Counted from the first letter of the whole stretch, positions 38,456 through 52,524 are shown. The stretch: DNA of 53,938 nucleotides, filler included, from Bipalium vagum (GCA_037834085.1; 3 parts of 3 records of this genome joined end to end with filler, not necessarily neighbours in it); one strand, 5' to 3'. Notes: generated by a model from the sequence alone, not told the origin. Numbers and translations: made by a program.

Positions 38456-38538
38456 GTTTTCCTTCAATCAAATCACAACTCGCCTTTTCATTCGCTTAAG
38501 CAAAGACGAAACCAGCCACACATTTTCTTCCCCTGCAG

Positions 38539-38546
38539 TGACGTCA
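38539..38546. promoter_or_regulatory. Palindromic CRE (TGACGTCA) in putative bidirectional promoter
   Basis: Exact CREB/ATF consensus in a relatively CpG-rich stretch between the Ig gene and srGAP, where I recognised no TE. Function is inferred only. Confidence 0.35.
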
Positions 38547-39060
38547 TGAGCGTTGAGAGCAAATAAAATGTTGTGTCCCAAACCAGTATGACACAAATCA
38601 ATAATGGCGAATGACATCGAATTCGTGAATTATTTCTGACTCGTTTTAACTGTTTCACTTTTTTTGGATTTTATTCATCTTGGAAAGTAAGAATTTTTTC
38701 CTGTCGTTTTGTGCCGTAGTGCAATTTTTTTGCGAACGTTTCACTTTTTTTGACAATTATGTCGTATTGATTATTTATTGATTATGTCCTGTGAGTATCT
38801 CTTTGTCGTTTAATCCAATTGGAACAGTCAGTCACGATTATCGATGATGATGATGATGAAAAGTCGTGGCCATTTATGTCATGTGGTATAAAACAATGGA
38901 GTTGAGTTTGGTTGCCATGTTTTTTTGAGTTGAAAGACTGAAAAACCTAGACAGTGTCTTGTTTGCTTATGGTGTTGTGAACGGTGTTTATTTTGTTTTA
39001 TTTACACAGATACCGTTTTCATCGTTGTTTTCTGTTGGAACTGGACATATTGATATCAAC

Positions 39061-39172
39061 ATGGATTATTCTTGTGGATTTGGCCCGGGTTTCGGTGGAT
39101 CTTTGCGTCGCGGTGGACATATTAGAAAGTCTTTGTCCGTTTCCTCAAAGTACATTGGAGGAGTTGATTACG
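39061..39172 (+). CDS. SRGAP: srGAP first coding exon (MDYSCGFGPGFGGSLRRGGHIRKSLSVSSKYIGGVDY)
   Basis: 112 nt ending G|gtgagc; phase 1 matches the phase-1 acceptor of the F-BAR exon. Upstream acceptor tacacag| at 39009 implies 5' UTR exons. Confidence 0.7.
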
Positions 39173-42100
39173 GTGAGCTTTGTGAACTTTGAATAGATTT
39201 TTTCATTGATTATGAGGAAAAAAAAATTTATTTTGTCAACAAGTCATCCAGTAGTCACAGCAGACAACAATTATGCTAATGGATGGTCGATCGATATTTG
39301 ATGAATTATTTAACGATTTTTACACTTGTAATTTCCTTTTTCACCACATTTCGATAATTGAATTTCGTCAGTTATTATCCGAGTTTTTTACAAATATTAA
39401 TCTAATGTGTCCATGGCTAGAGGAAATGCCATCGGAAAATGTGAATAAAAACACTAATGATCGATATGGCCAAATCTATCATTTTTCCATATTTTTATCG
39501 CGCAGCTTACAACCGATACCAAAAGTATTCGGCAAAAGAGACATTTTTGGAGAATGTCTTCTAAGATGCGTCACATTTGCTTATTTTGCAGAGTTTCTCA
39601 ACTTTGATAAAAATGTACCGGGAGGCACAAAAATTTATTTGAAAATAAATTAAAATAATCTTCATTTAAATTGACGACATATAGTTTCCGTTGTCCTTGA
39701 TAACCTGCCCATCGTGTCTTGTAAATGTTGACCTTTCTCTAGCATTGTATTGAAAAGTCGAGCGATATTTTCTTTGACCCGATAAGTACAAGTTTTACAA
39801 TATATTTCTGCGATAGTTTCATAATTTCTGAACGCGAAATCACCTTATACACTGAGGTCAGGGAGCAAGAGGATAAACTTAATAATCCAGCATTTTGAAT
39901 GGTGGAATTTTTTTATTGAGGTTTTTCGGAGGAGCAGTATCATTCAACTACCAATTGTTTTGTTTCTCAATTATTCTGAAATTGTCAAAGATCGATGTGT
40001 CTCTGCGAGTTGATGGACTCACCAATTTGTAATAGGTGGAAGAAAAATTCATTTCTTATGCTTGGATAGATATGAATTAGAATCTTTAAACATGTAACTG
40101 TCACTCAAAGTTTTAAAAGTTGATCTCGGTTTTTGGTCTGATTTTTTATGCAGATATAAAAAGTTGTGTCTAAGAAAACTCAGTCCCCAATATGGATCGA
40201 CGTGGAAATAAAAGTATTTTGGTATATCATTTTTATGTGAAACTATCCAAGAAAATAACGCAGTAGTATAGTAAAGTGCCATAAAATTTGTCAGTCATGC
40301 TCTTCAAGGATTCATAGTTCTTCAAAAAATCACCATCAAATCTTATTGACATTATTTTCATAAATGGCGGGAGGGAAATGTTTTTGTATTTTATAAAAAC
40401 ATTGACCTTGACAATTATACTTAAATAAATATTTTAGCTTAAAAAATAAAACGTTTGTTTATTTTAGGCCCAATTTTTAAAAAGAAACAAAGGAAAAAAT
40501 TAAAACTAAAGTTTATTTTCACGATAACTTATTTACATTTATTAATAATTAAACATTTGTTTAAATATTAATAGTATTTGGCGCGATGAATTTGAATATT
40601 GAAATCGTCAACGATGATGAAGCAAAAATATCTGAAAACAAACTCCAGAAGCACAAATGAGAAACAGGACTTCTTAACATTTACCGAAGTCAGTCATATG
40701 ATCTTAAAGATGTTGCAAAATCACTGGATATAAAGTATTCTGGTGCCAGGAGAAATTAAAAGCGAATTTTGTTTTGAGTTAAAGTTTTTATTGGCTGACT
40801 CATATTTTCTAAACCGATCGAACTAATAATGTCTAAACTAAAGAATTCGGAACGAGAAATTTTAAGAATTGATGAAACATTGAATGACTTGTTACTCCAG
40901 AATTAAGATTGTAATGACGACTTTCGTTGAATTACCAGAAATATTAATAGGTTGTATCAATAGTTTCGTTTTCTTTTATCAAAATAAATTTAAATAAACG
41001 TATCAACGCATTTATTTGATTTTATAATTTGTGATATTGAAGGAGGGGTCGTTGTCTGTAGCACAATCTCACAAGTGTTCAAAAAGTTTCCAGAGATACT
41101 AGTCTCGAATATTAGCATCACCAAGGAAGACCTGTGATGTAAATAAAGGGGTTCTACATGGAGATTAATTGGTCAATCACGTGTCTTTTCTTTAGGCGTC
41201 GTACTAATATGACAGATAAAATGTGTATCTATTTAATTAATCAAGGGAAAAATAAATATTGGATGTTACATGAGCAACCTCCGCGTCACGATTCCAAATG
41301 AATCGATATGGGTAAAAGCTCATAATCACTATTTAGTGGAATTATGAGGCTGTAATTCATTTTGAGTTTTCACGCGTGGTCGTTTTATAAATGTTGCAGA
41401 ACCTCCTTTGCTTCAAAGTCTAAAGAATGGTACAGTGAATAAGTACAAAATTAAAATATTGATGAGATCTTTCCAGATAAAAGACTGAATCGAAATATAA
41501 AAAGTTTCCAACAGATTAAACATAGATAAAAAATCTTTTCTTTAACTATTTGAGTGTGCCATTTTCAGCCAACTGTATCAAACAAATCTTTGAAGTCCCG
41601 GCTTAGATTGAATATCTATGCCTGGTACGTAATGCTTTATCGCCGACAGCCCGATTCTGCATTCTCAGATTATCATTTATTTAGATCTCTGCAGAAATCT
41701 CTCAATGGGGGTAAAGTTCAGGTCTAAGCAGGAATATAAAGAATTTTTTTTCCATTGAATGATGACTACGTGAAAAATATCAACAGCTTATCGAGGCGTT
41801 AGTCCTATCAGTGGTTTACGTACCTTTGTTCTAATCTTTATATTCCATTTCAATGTTTTATAAAGTACGAAAAAAAATCTCTTACCCAATATTTCCTTTG
41901 ACTTTTATTTTTGTTCTGTTCACTGAGGAAAACTCTCTGTGAAGCTAGAATAATTCAGTGACGTTATTACACATGAGAATTCCAAGAATGAGACATACTA
42001 AATCGTTTAAACAGTTTCTGAAACAGGAATCCAGCAATGTTTCGACTGTAATTTTCAGTTTTTCTCCACTTCGTACTGCAAAAGGTAGCATAACTATTCA

Positions 42101-42349
42101 AGCTCATAACGCTGTCTCAACACGTACAGTGATCTGTTGTTATTGATTTTGAGATAATTCATCAGATTCCAGTTGTTCCTTTTTTATAATTGATTTTTAT
42201 AAAAATTTTAATCGATATTGTGTTATTTTTTTAATTTTTAACTAATAATAAATTATTCACCGATAATTTAAAATGAAATTACAGTTCTGTGTAAGAGGTG
42301 TACCAGTGTGACTCCGGATTTTCCAGTAAGAAAAACGAAGATCTTTTAA

Positions 42350-43260
42350 AGGTTTATTTAAAACCTTTTTTCAAAATATTTTCCGATAACATCGCCCATC
42401 TTTTGGTCAACGAATGAATTGTACGAAGGTTAAACTTTATCTTTCGATCCAATTGTTATGGTCTAAACTGCAACGGTACCGATTTCATAAAATAATGCCT
42501 TCATCGAGCGGATAAACGAAAATCCGAAGGAGTGATACCTGTTGAATATGGGAGGTTATGTAAGACTTCCCAGTTTGAGCCTTCTAAGTAATTCTGAAAT
42601 ACTGAATGAACATGTTGTCTAGTGAAAGCCAAGTTGCAAAATTATTCTTTTCATGTCTGTCTCTCCACCCTGTTCTTTTCTCGCCAAAGTTTGCTTCCAA
42701 CAAATTAATTTTATCAATAATGTTCACAAGTTATGATTTTCTTTTTCCTGCCAGATTCAAAAGAATGACTTTAACCAATGAACAATCTGTTTAGTGGTAG
42801 ATGTACCGACTTCACCAAAGATGCTTTGCTTTTAAGTACTAACAATCCTATGCAGAAATGTTTTATTATCAATCCCTAAAGGAGGACACAAAATTCTTAT
42901 CTCTTTCCATCAACCTATGTTGGACTCAATTCCCTAATGTTATATTCATCACCATGGTAGTCAGAATGCAAAACTCAAACTTGTGTCACATTTCCTACAA
43001 CAACCAGTTCAGTTGTGTTCGACATGGGTTTTATTGAGAAAAGCTGAAAGTTTTTTATGATCAAAACCTTTCTGTCCATTGTGCTATAATCTTCATTTCT
43101 GAATCGGCATAACCCGTCTTTGCTTGTTAAAGGAGAAGGAGAATGTGCACCATCAATTTCTACGAATAAGCGCGAAATTTCTGCAATGGTTTTCTTCGCA
43201 TTATAGTAATGTAAAACTGCTTATCGCAAATGTTTTTTGATTGGTGTAAATGGGACATTT
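42350..43260 (-). mobile_element. Decayed Mos1-like mariner (srGAP intron 1)
   Basis: TPIKKHLR*AVLHYYNAKKTIAEISRLFVE...RFRNEDYS. Confidence 0.7.
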
Positions 43261-43598
43261 TGAATTTATGTATTATTTAAACAAAGTCACATGACATTAT
43301 ATATTAAGTAATATTACAAATAAATATAATTTTCCAAAAGTATCTTCCTAAGAAGATTTCCGGTACAGAAATTTTTTTCATATTTCATTTAAGTGGAAGT
43401 GAAATTAATATTTTCCTAGTTTATCGAAAATCTTTGTGCCGCTTATGTTAGTGGAACTGTTTCCAAATTTACATATAGATATGATAAAGTTACAAAATGA
43501 TGAATACAAAAAACCAGGTTGTCGTTGAAGTGGGTGATGGGTACTGGGAACTGATATACCACATTTTTCATTATAGTTTAATAGAAGTCAAGTAAAGT

Positions 43599-44131
43599 AC
43601 ACCGTATTTTCCGGACTATAAGGGGCATACTAAAAATGTACTTTGTGTAAAGTGTTTTCATAAATAGAACGCACCCTAAGAATGAGTTGACTGATTTATA
43701 CGAGCTCCTGCTTTCGATTTCAACATTTTGATAAAAGTGAATACGTTTCTGTTTAGTGCTCTTCCTGCAGGTCTCAACTGTCCAAACATTTTCAATTTCT
43801 AACGATCTCGCTATATTTCTCAAGATATCATCTTCTTGCTTGAGCCAATTTCTATATGGAATTTTCGCGACCCCGCCAGATTCCAGTTTTTCTTGACTAC
43901 CCCAATGGCACTCGGTTTAAATGCTGCAGTGTTTAAAATTCGTGTCATAGACTAAAAATTTAAAATATTTGAACAAGAATGTACCTCATCGATTTAATAT
44001 AACTCGTCTTCTTTATTGATTTTACGTAAAGTAGTTTATAACGTAAGGCGCACTGAATTATAAGAGGAGTCTCTTAAAATTAAATTTGAAAAATTCGTTT
44101 AAAGGTTCGCCTGTTCGTCAGGAAAAAGGGC
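43599..44131 (-). mobile_element. Internally deleted pogo/POGK-like element (Brinker-type DBD)
   Basis: Terminal ccgtattttccggactataagg; internal taaggcgcac repeat; MTRILNTAAFKP...RNWLKQED. Confidence 0.65.
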
Positions 44132-44739
44132 AGTTGTAAAATGAGAGTGAAATGAGGAAAATGTGTTTTTCGAAATTGAGTTCTCTGCTAAAAATATGAA
44201 AGAATTATGAATGCAGAAAATTTTTCAGAATTTACAAAAAATCTAATTTCCATTTTTATCAATATGGTAATGTGATTTTCAAAGAGCTTTTTTAATTTAA
44301 TCTAATTTAAAATTTTAATATAATGAATTAATCAGTACGGAACATCGAGAAATTTATATTGATCAATGGTTAAAATGTTTCTTCATTTTATTTCCATAAA
44401 TAAATTTTATCTCTGTTTTAGTTAAAGCATTAATCAGACAAACAATTTTAAAGAAAGATATTGCGTTTCATTTTCTGAGCTGTAAAAAATGTGTATAAAG
44501 TAAATATCCGATTTGGGAGCTTGGAAAAATATCTATATATCTATATCATAATTAAATATATTTATTTGGGGTACCCACAAAAAATGTCTTTATCGGAGGA
44601 TGGAAAATTAACAGGATTTATTAGCTTTAAAATTATTATTGATAATTATTTATTTTAGTTATCGATTAAATCTATAAATCATTAATCCATTATTTTGCGG
44701 AATTTAAAATTTAGTAAAAAATTAGAAAAATCTCAAATT

Positions 44740-45220
44740 ATAAATGTAAAATTGAAGAGCAGCATATTAGACATTGTCTAGTGTTTCATTATAATTTTGG
44801 TCATTTTGAAATACTGGGGAAACCATTACTGCACAATATTATTGTGATCAGATTGACAAATTAAAAGTAACAATTACAGAAAAACACGCAGTCCTTCTCA
44901 ATAAGAAAAATGTTGTCTTCCATTATGACAATGCAAGACCTCTTGTTGCAAGAATAAATTAGACTAAAAGTAAGATGCTTGGATGGGAGATTTTCACACA
45001 TCCCGCATACTTACCCGATCTTTTTCGATCTGATTTTCATCTTAGATTATTACCGCAAATTCTAAGTGGAAGAATCTTAAAGTCTTATGAGAATGTGAAA
45101 GATATCTTGCTCGATTACTTTAATTGTCGAAACTCAATCTTTTTTAAAACTTTGATTACAAATTTGATAAGCAGGTGGAAGAAGGTCAGAACTGGATGGT
45201 GATTACTTTAATGATTAAAT
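44740..45220 (+). mobile_element. Internally deleted mariner
   Basis: EQHIRHCLVFHYNFG fused to TITAQYYCDQID...FHYDNARP...LGWEIFTHPAYLPDLFRSDFHL. Confidence 0.85.
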
Positions 45221-45349
45221 ATAGGTGTTTTTAAATATATACTTTTACAACTTTTGATAAAAACGACTCCTAATAATTGAAATTTTTCTAAGAAATAGAA
45301 TTTCCGAAATTTAGTGTTTATTCATTGTTTTGTTCTTCTGTAACCAATC

Positions 45350-45980
45350 ATTTTTAAGGCATGGAATAATGTACAATCTTGTTAAAATGTGAATGATTTC
45401 AGCTGAAAGGTTAATAATGAATCTTCAAGCTCTGTCAATATTTCCTGATATTTTTAACTTTATAAAAATCAGGTCCCACTTGGCTGTAGAGCTAATGGCA
45501 TCTCATATCATTCAAGATAGTTCAAATTTCGATGCAGAAACCTAAAGTCTGGTCTTGGCCCAACGTTTTCCTTTCAAGTCATACAACTCAAATCATCACT
45601 AAAAATCCAGTTTTTCCATCTTGTTCTGTTTTCCTCACATCATTTGACTCTTTGTTTTATGCTTCAAGGTTGAATTGAGAAAATTTTGAAAAACCAGATC
45701 AATACAGATAATTTAAAATAGTATTCAAATATACTTTTAGGGATCCACAACTTGTCTTTTTTGTCAGATTAAAGAACTTTTTGTCATTCTTTATGAAAAG
45801 TTGGGTGGGTTTCTGTTGATTTACTTTTTTCGGACCCTTCCACTTCCTATCATTTTTATAATTTGAAAAAATCATTTCTATTGTTCTTAAAGATATTTCG
45901 ATTAATTTAGATATTTCCCCAGAGTTCTGAAACTTTTTTGTATAATATTTGAACTGGGTGATGCTTGGTCTTCATTTTGC
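45350..45980 (-). mobile_element. Decayed Tc1-like transposase
   Basis: EISKLIEISLRTI; MI*DAISSTAKWDLIFI; FTF*QDCTLFHA. Confidence 0.5.
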
Positions 45981-47360
45981 ACTATTATTTTAAGAAAATT
46001 AACAAACTATAAGTCCTTATGAGATGAAATTTAAAACTGATATGTATTATAAATATTGATTAAAAAATCCGCGTGACCTTGAAAATATTTTAATTATTTA
46101 AACAGATTTAATAATATTAAAATTTTAATGGCAAACCACAACTTTTTATTGTGATAACCACATTATGATTGATTTAATAGCAACCGGTATTTCCTTAAAA
46201 ATGACCCCTAGTACAGTGCAAAGTATTGGTTTTTAGGATTTTTGAGATTATTTCTTCTATTAAATATTAAGATTATTTCATGTTTTCACAATAAACCACA
46301 TTTAATGAGTGCATTATTTTCCACATTTTACTGGATACTGTTTTCTACGTCCCTCTGGTGTCTGCAGAGTCATGTTCGATTAAAGAACTAATTTAGGTAT
46401 CTTTCCAAGTTCTTTGATGGAATACAATATACTATTTTAGTTGTAGAGGATTCTGTTGCGTAAGCAAAGATACGTATGGTCTTCAGTTAAATTTTTTTAT
46501 TATGTAGCTAAGGTTACGTCTGAACTCCTGCTCTCTTTAATTAGTTTAAGAATAGAATTTATCCTAATTATTTTGTTTGATTAGCTGGGAGAAGACCATA
46601 CTGAAATATCCTCTTCAAATTACCAGATGGACACAATTAAATTTGGTCGTAAATAGTCATTAGTTATTAAGGCAGTGTTTCCAAACATAAATATGATCTC
46701 GTTAAGCTTAACATTGACATTGACGTATATGCAATTCAATTTTCATAACACTTCACCATGAACAACTCACTGTAAAAATAGAGAATTGCAAGAAAAAATT
46801 CTGTTCCTCAAATTTACCTCAGCTTATTACTACAAATTTCACACATCGGTTTTTAGTAAGACTTAACGAGATATATAAATATATATGCAACTGCACTTGG
46901 AAATTTTTAATTGATTTTTACTATTTATTTTATTATTTATTCGCGTGTTATATATCCCTATCATTTATAAATAATCGATAATATCATCATTCTCAATAAA
47001 CTCTCCGGAACCTTGGAATCTTCAACCTGCTTTCTAAACGAAATTTTTTCCCTCTTCTTTCAAAATATTCTTTGTTCCCTACCATTGTTTATTTTGTTAT
47101 AATTTTCATTTAAATATAAATCGGAAGACCGGGACACAGAAGCGGTACATTTTGCTTAATATTCTCTGTACGTATTTTAATATTTTTTGCATTTATATTA
47201 TTATTATATTTATATTATTAAATTATTATTTATTTATATATGAATTATAAATAATTAATTCTTGTCTATTTATTGTTTATTCAGAATAGAATTTTTTGTT
47301 TTAATTGATGATATTTGAGATTAATTTAATCATTGGTTTAATTATTTCATTTTATTCAAG

Positions 47361-47544
47361 TCCTGAGAACTCAACTCGCCGAACAGTTGAAATGTATGGA
47401 TAACAAATGGGAAATGGATTACAATTATCTCAATGATCTGTTGGATTTTTACAAAAAGAGGGCGGTACTGGAACAAGAATATGCTGAAGCTCTAAATAAA
47501 TTAGTACAAAGCAGTAAACAAAAGCTGAATGCCGACTCTACAAA
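47361..47544 (+). CDS. SRGAP: SLIT-ROBO Rho GTPase-activating protein, F-BAR exon
   Basis: LRTQLAEQLKCMDNKWEMDYNYLNDLLDFYKKRAVLEQEYAEALNKL matches the srGAP/ARHGAP4 IRxQLxEQxKCLD...L.DFFxKxAEIExEYSxxLxKL pattern; 184 nt, phase 1-2, donor |gtcagt. Confidence 0.9.
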
Positions 47545-48128
47545 GTCAGTTTTCGTAAATAAATTACCCCATTATTACTATGACGTCCGTTGTGAATATA
47601 ATTAAAAATCGGGCCAGACTTGCATCTTTCGCCTTTTGTTCATTGTATTATTTTTATAGCGGATTGGTGCTGAGGAAATATCGAAGACCCCCGATTATTT
47701 GTTTCTCTAAACGTCGTCTTGATTTTCTTGTCGAAAAAGCAGAGTTTTTACATTTCAGTTTTCCCATTGCACAACATTTTCTACAATTGGTTCACTTTTT
47801 TAATGTAACACAAATGTCAATGGCTACAGACAATCCACAAATAAAATCCAACGAAAAAATTAACGTAGCATTGAAAAACACACGAACTTGAAGGTCAAAT
47901 GAATACACGTAGGCTTAGTGATTTACATGCATAAAAATATATTAGACTGGTGCACAAATTCCTTGCTCTAAAAGGATGATACCGGAATACTTAAGCACAT
48001 ACTTCATACTTAATGAAATAGATGTGATTAAGTCTTTGAATATTTAGTTTTGTTTAGCTGAACTGTTGCCATGTGTTGGTTGACATACGATATTTTAAAT
48101 CGTAATATAATTATTTTTGTTTTAGGCT

Positions 48129-49090
48129 ATGCATCGATTGTCGGCCAGTGACAGAGCGAATCAAAATCATCGTTGAATTGAAATACAGATTTAGCCCATT
48201 ACCCGTGACAATTCAAAGAATATGGAGAGGTGTAATGAACAATGATCCACCAAGCAGACCAACGATCAGCGCAATATTTAACAAACTTATCACAAATTGG
48301 AGTGTCTCGGGTGCAAGAGTAGAACATTATTTGGATCAACTGTTGCAAGAAAAGCCCGACAGGTGATTTAGAAGGCCATCCAATGAATGTAATGCTTCTC
48401 ATGAGATAGTCCGAAGATTGGTGAAAATACTGCGTTTTAAGCCGTACATCCTCAGATTGGTTCAGTCGTGACAGAAGATGATTTTGACAGACTTGTGGAG
48501 TTTTCTGAGGAATTCCTCACAATAATTGGCAGAGATGCAAAGCTTGTTTGCCTTATTCTATGGAGTGACGAGGTTAAATTGCACATCGACGGCTCTGTGA
48601 ACAGACACAACACTGTTTATTGGTGCTTAGACAATTCTCACCTGAAAGGGAATTGGTCGGTCAATTCGCCTGTTATGGTCTGGGCTTTTGTTTATGTTGT
48701 TGGCTTGATGGGACCATATTTACTCTCCGAAAATTTGTCAGGCACAAATTAATTAGATATGGTGACTGGTTTTTTTTACCTGCTTTTAATCAGTTATCCT
48801 CCAGTTCCCCAATGCTTTCTGTGCAAGATGGCGCTCTTTAGCAGTTCGAGAATGAATATGACAGTTTTTTTCGAAAGTGAATTAGCAGAAGAGGAGATAT
48901 TGATTGGTCATCAAGGTCACCTTATCTTATCTTCTCCATTTTGTGTGGCGTATATTAAGCAAATGGTTTATTCACAACCACTGTTACAGTTACCATTATG
49001 CCAATCGAACTTTGTGAAAAAGTTTTTCTCTGTTTGTGACAGATTACGTCGTTGCAAGCAAGCTGAAGGAGAACATTTTGAACATAAATA
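48129..49090 (+). mobile_element. Decayed DD41D transposase (srGAP intron 2)
   Basis: PPSRPTI, FKPYILRLVQ, ILWSDEVKLHIDGSVNRHNTVYW, VQDGA, RRGDIDWSSRSP, EGEHFEH. Confidence 0.88.
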
Positions 49091-50210
49091 AATGTATTTG
49101 TTTTCACACAAGACATTATGAGTTGAAGGGTTCCTTTTCTATTCACTCATAAAGTTGAAAGTTACTCAATTGACACCCATGTGCTTTCAGTATGTTTGGA
49201 AGTACCTTCTTGTTTTATCGAATCAATAAGAAGATTTTATTAAATATTATTTTCATTAAAATTATGGTTCCTTTTGCGATCTCGTTTTGAGTATGTCAAA
49301 AAGTACCCGGGTTTTGACTCTTTAGTAAACAGATAAAACTTTAAAACTGTTGTCAAACAAATGTGCCATTTGTAAGTGCTTGTGTTACTCCGGTTGTATT
49401 TACCTGTATTTCTACTATGTAAACAAAGCTTAATTCTTGTTTCATTTGCTTTATTAGATTACTCTGTCAATTTAAGCCAATTGCAAAAGTTTTACATAAA
49501 TTCTTATTGCATAAAAATCATTATTTGTTAAGTTTTTACTTATTTTAAAGGAAATTCATTTTTGGTGGAGCAGGAGAAAAAATTAGCCGTTTTTAAGATC
49601 AGCGCAGCTGATTTGAAATTATGACAGGTTTGATACCTCAGTGGTTTTATTATTTGTAAGCGTTTATGTGAAAATCAATAGACAATTAAACAGTTTTAAT
49701 CTTAGTGATATTTGAAAAAAATCAATATAAGTAACCAAACCTTGGGTTTAGTTAAAACGAATAATATTTTTAATGAATTGTGTTTCTCTATTTTAATTGA
49801 TTAAATTGATTTTTCTCACGATCAATATTCAAATATTATAATCGAAAACATTTTCCATGCTTAAGTGCATAAATCAATAATAACTTGTTTTAATGGAAAA
49901 CTAAAGTAATCTTTAATTTATTTTAACAATTAGGACATTTTAAAATGTCACGGAAAATAAACTAAAACTTATTTAATTTTGAAGCATTAAAACAATTTTT
50001 AATAATAATTAATTGCTTAAATTTTATGTTATTAATTATTTCAGAACAAGCCTGACACGCGTTAATTCCTTAATTTAATAATTTCTTAATAGTTACTATT
50101 TTGCCTTGTCTTTTTGCGTTGGGACAAAATATTTTTTATGTGACGTTTTATAGTTTAGAAAGTAAATTTAAAGAGTACCATACATTGGAAAAGGAAAGTG
50201 ATTAAATATA

Positions 50211-51156
50211 TCAGGTTGCGTCCGGTGAAATAGCGGAAATCAAGAAGTCATGAGGCACATCTTATTCATCAAAATATTTTCCATTGTTCTCAATATACAC
50301 CCTTCTATCTTCGAGACAGTAAATCATAGAAATCAAGATTTCTGGACTCCAAAAACAGAAGAATGACATTTTGAACGTAACCGTGGTTATGAAATGGCCA
50401 GAAATGTATTCATATGTTTGAACATATGATAATCTGATCGCGAGAGTTCTGACGAATAAGTTGGGTGGGGTTAAACCTCATAGTTCCAATCATATAACTT
50501 TTGTACTGCTCACTTGGAAACATGGGGACCTGTATTATCGTGTACCAAAATAGACTCCTTTTTCTTAACAAGTTCTGGTTAATTGTCAAGAAACTTCTGT
50601 GCAATACTTCAATTTCGTTTCGAAATGACTGAGGGTGACAGATTCATTAGGTGTTAAAAACTTAAATTAATCCAGTTGCAGATTACCAAACAGACTTTCT
50701 TGGTTGAAGGCGTTACTTAGGCACTTGTTTCGGTTTTCCATCCATATCCAACCACTATGCTGATCTTCGCCGATTGTAATAGAAAACATTCTTCTCGTCA
50801 CAGATTTTGTTCGGGAAAAAAATAGATCAATTCGGATTCAAATAAACAAAGAAGAACCAATTTCGAATTTCATAATTTCTTGGTTATCATCATTTAATTG
50901 GTGCTGTATCGATTTATTGATCTTTATTTATTTAACCAAGCTCTAGAGGATGACTTTATGAGACTGAATTCTTTTTCTGATCGATTTTCTCGTATAAATT
51001 GAACATCTTTCTTTTAAAATTACATGTACATGAAAAAGCGAAAATGGCGCTTCAGTTTGAAATATTAAAACAATTATTAGCATAAAAATCGATCGATTAA
51101 TAAATCATTGAAATAATTAAATAATGAAATCCGCCATTTCACGTGGCACAACCTGA
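50211..51156 (-). mobile_element. Deleted mariner with TIRs
   Basis: tcaggttgcgtccggtgaaatagcgga ... tccgccatttcacgtggcacaacctga; *WLDMDGKPKQVPK. Confidence 0.8.
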
Positions 51157-51488
51157 TCAATATTATCAAAGTCTTTCACTCATTTTTTTCAAATGAGATA
51201 AATATTTTCATCTCCAAAAAGATATTTTAACAATGTCAGGAAATATGGACGAATACAAGATTCTGTTTCCACTGCTATTGATTGAATCTTTTCCAAGCAA
51301 TATGTATTAGTGAAAATGAAAATTGTAGCACTTAATTTTTTGTTCTTTAAATTACGAAAATGATATATGAAACAGTGTTAGGAGTCAGAGAGAAATTTAA
51401 TTACAGGACGAATTTAGCTGTGGAATTTCTCTAATTTCAGGATTCGAAACTACAGAAATCTTTAATTAACACAGGATTTACGGTAATA

Positions 51489-51492
<4 letters not shown>

Positions 51493-51566
<74 letters not shown>
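51493..51566. repeat. (AAT)n microsatellite
   Basis: Seen directly. Confidence 0.95.
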
Positions 51567-51829
51567 CCAATGAAAACAATTTAAAGATTTGAGCCTTTCT
51601 TTCATTATTTTGCTTAAGTCTATTCAAGGTGGTAATTAATCTTATACTTAATTATCAATTTTTTAATAAATAATATTATTAAATTTCATTGGTGTTTTCA
51701 TAGTAAATTCTCGATTCAGACGCATAAAGTATAACTGCATTTTGAACAAATAATAAAAATTTAATCAATTAAAATAATCACCATCTGAATTAATTGTTTG
51801 TTACAGACCGACGTCAGGTAAGCCAAAAA

Positions 51830-52209
51830 TGCATTTCGAAGGTTTACTTTACCGAATAAAAATCACATGCGGCATTGTATTAGTTACTAATTCCATTATA
51901 CACTAATGTACTAAAACGTCTTTTGAAGCTGCAAAATCAATTAACCAAATCCGGACATTGCACTTTCTAAGTACCATTTGAAATGAAACTTTTCTTTGTC
52001 GGGAAATAATAATAGTCTTTTATCATAAACCTATAAATGTTGCCATCCAAGAATTTTTCGACTCTCAACCAGAAAAGTTTATAAAGATGGCATCATGAAA
52101 ATACTTTGTAAATGGAGTTCCGATGTGTTTAGTTAATATACCTACCCTCTGTAAAATTTTGCTTAAAGTTTTCGGTAAAATATGAGAAAACTTATGTTTC
52201 GACCCATTA
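51830..52209 (+). mobile_element. Internally deleted mariner
   Basis: KNHMRHCISY...PDIALSKYHL...AIQEFFDSQPEKFIKMGI. Confidence 0.65.
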
Positions 52210-52358
52210 TTATTATGTCTTATTATTACTGAAGATCTGTCATTTCCGATTCTTGATAAAATGTGATAGGTACTGTAAAAACCTGTTACCTCATTATCTT
52301 TGTTTATTTATTTTATAATCCTTGACATTTATATTAATAATAACAATATATTTTCTAG

Positions 52359-52524
52359 AAGACAAAATTGGCCGAAGTACTCCTATCATTCACTGTTAAA
52401 TACATTATTAGACAGTACAAGTCAGACAGCTGCCGCCCATCAAATATTATCAGATATCTATTCTCGGCAGATGACCCAACGATTACAAGATCTTCAAGAA
52501 GATTGTACAAGAGCTCATAAACAA
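52359..52524 (+). CDS. SRGAP: srGAP F-BAR exon
   Basis: RQNWPKYSYHSLLNTLLDSTSQTAAAHQILSDIYSRQMTQRLQDLQEDCTRAHKQ matches srGAP HxxLSDIY...ED..R..K; phase 2-0 is compatible with both neighbours. Confidence 0.9.
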
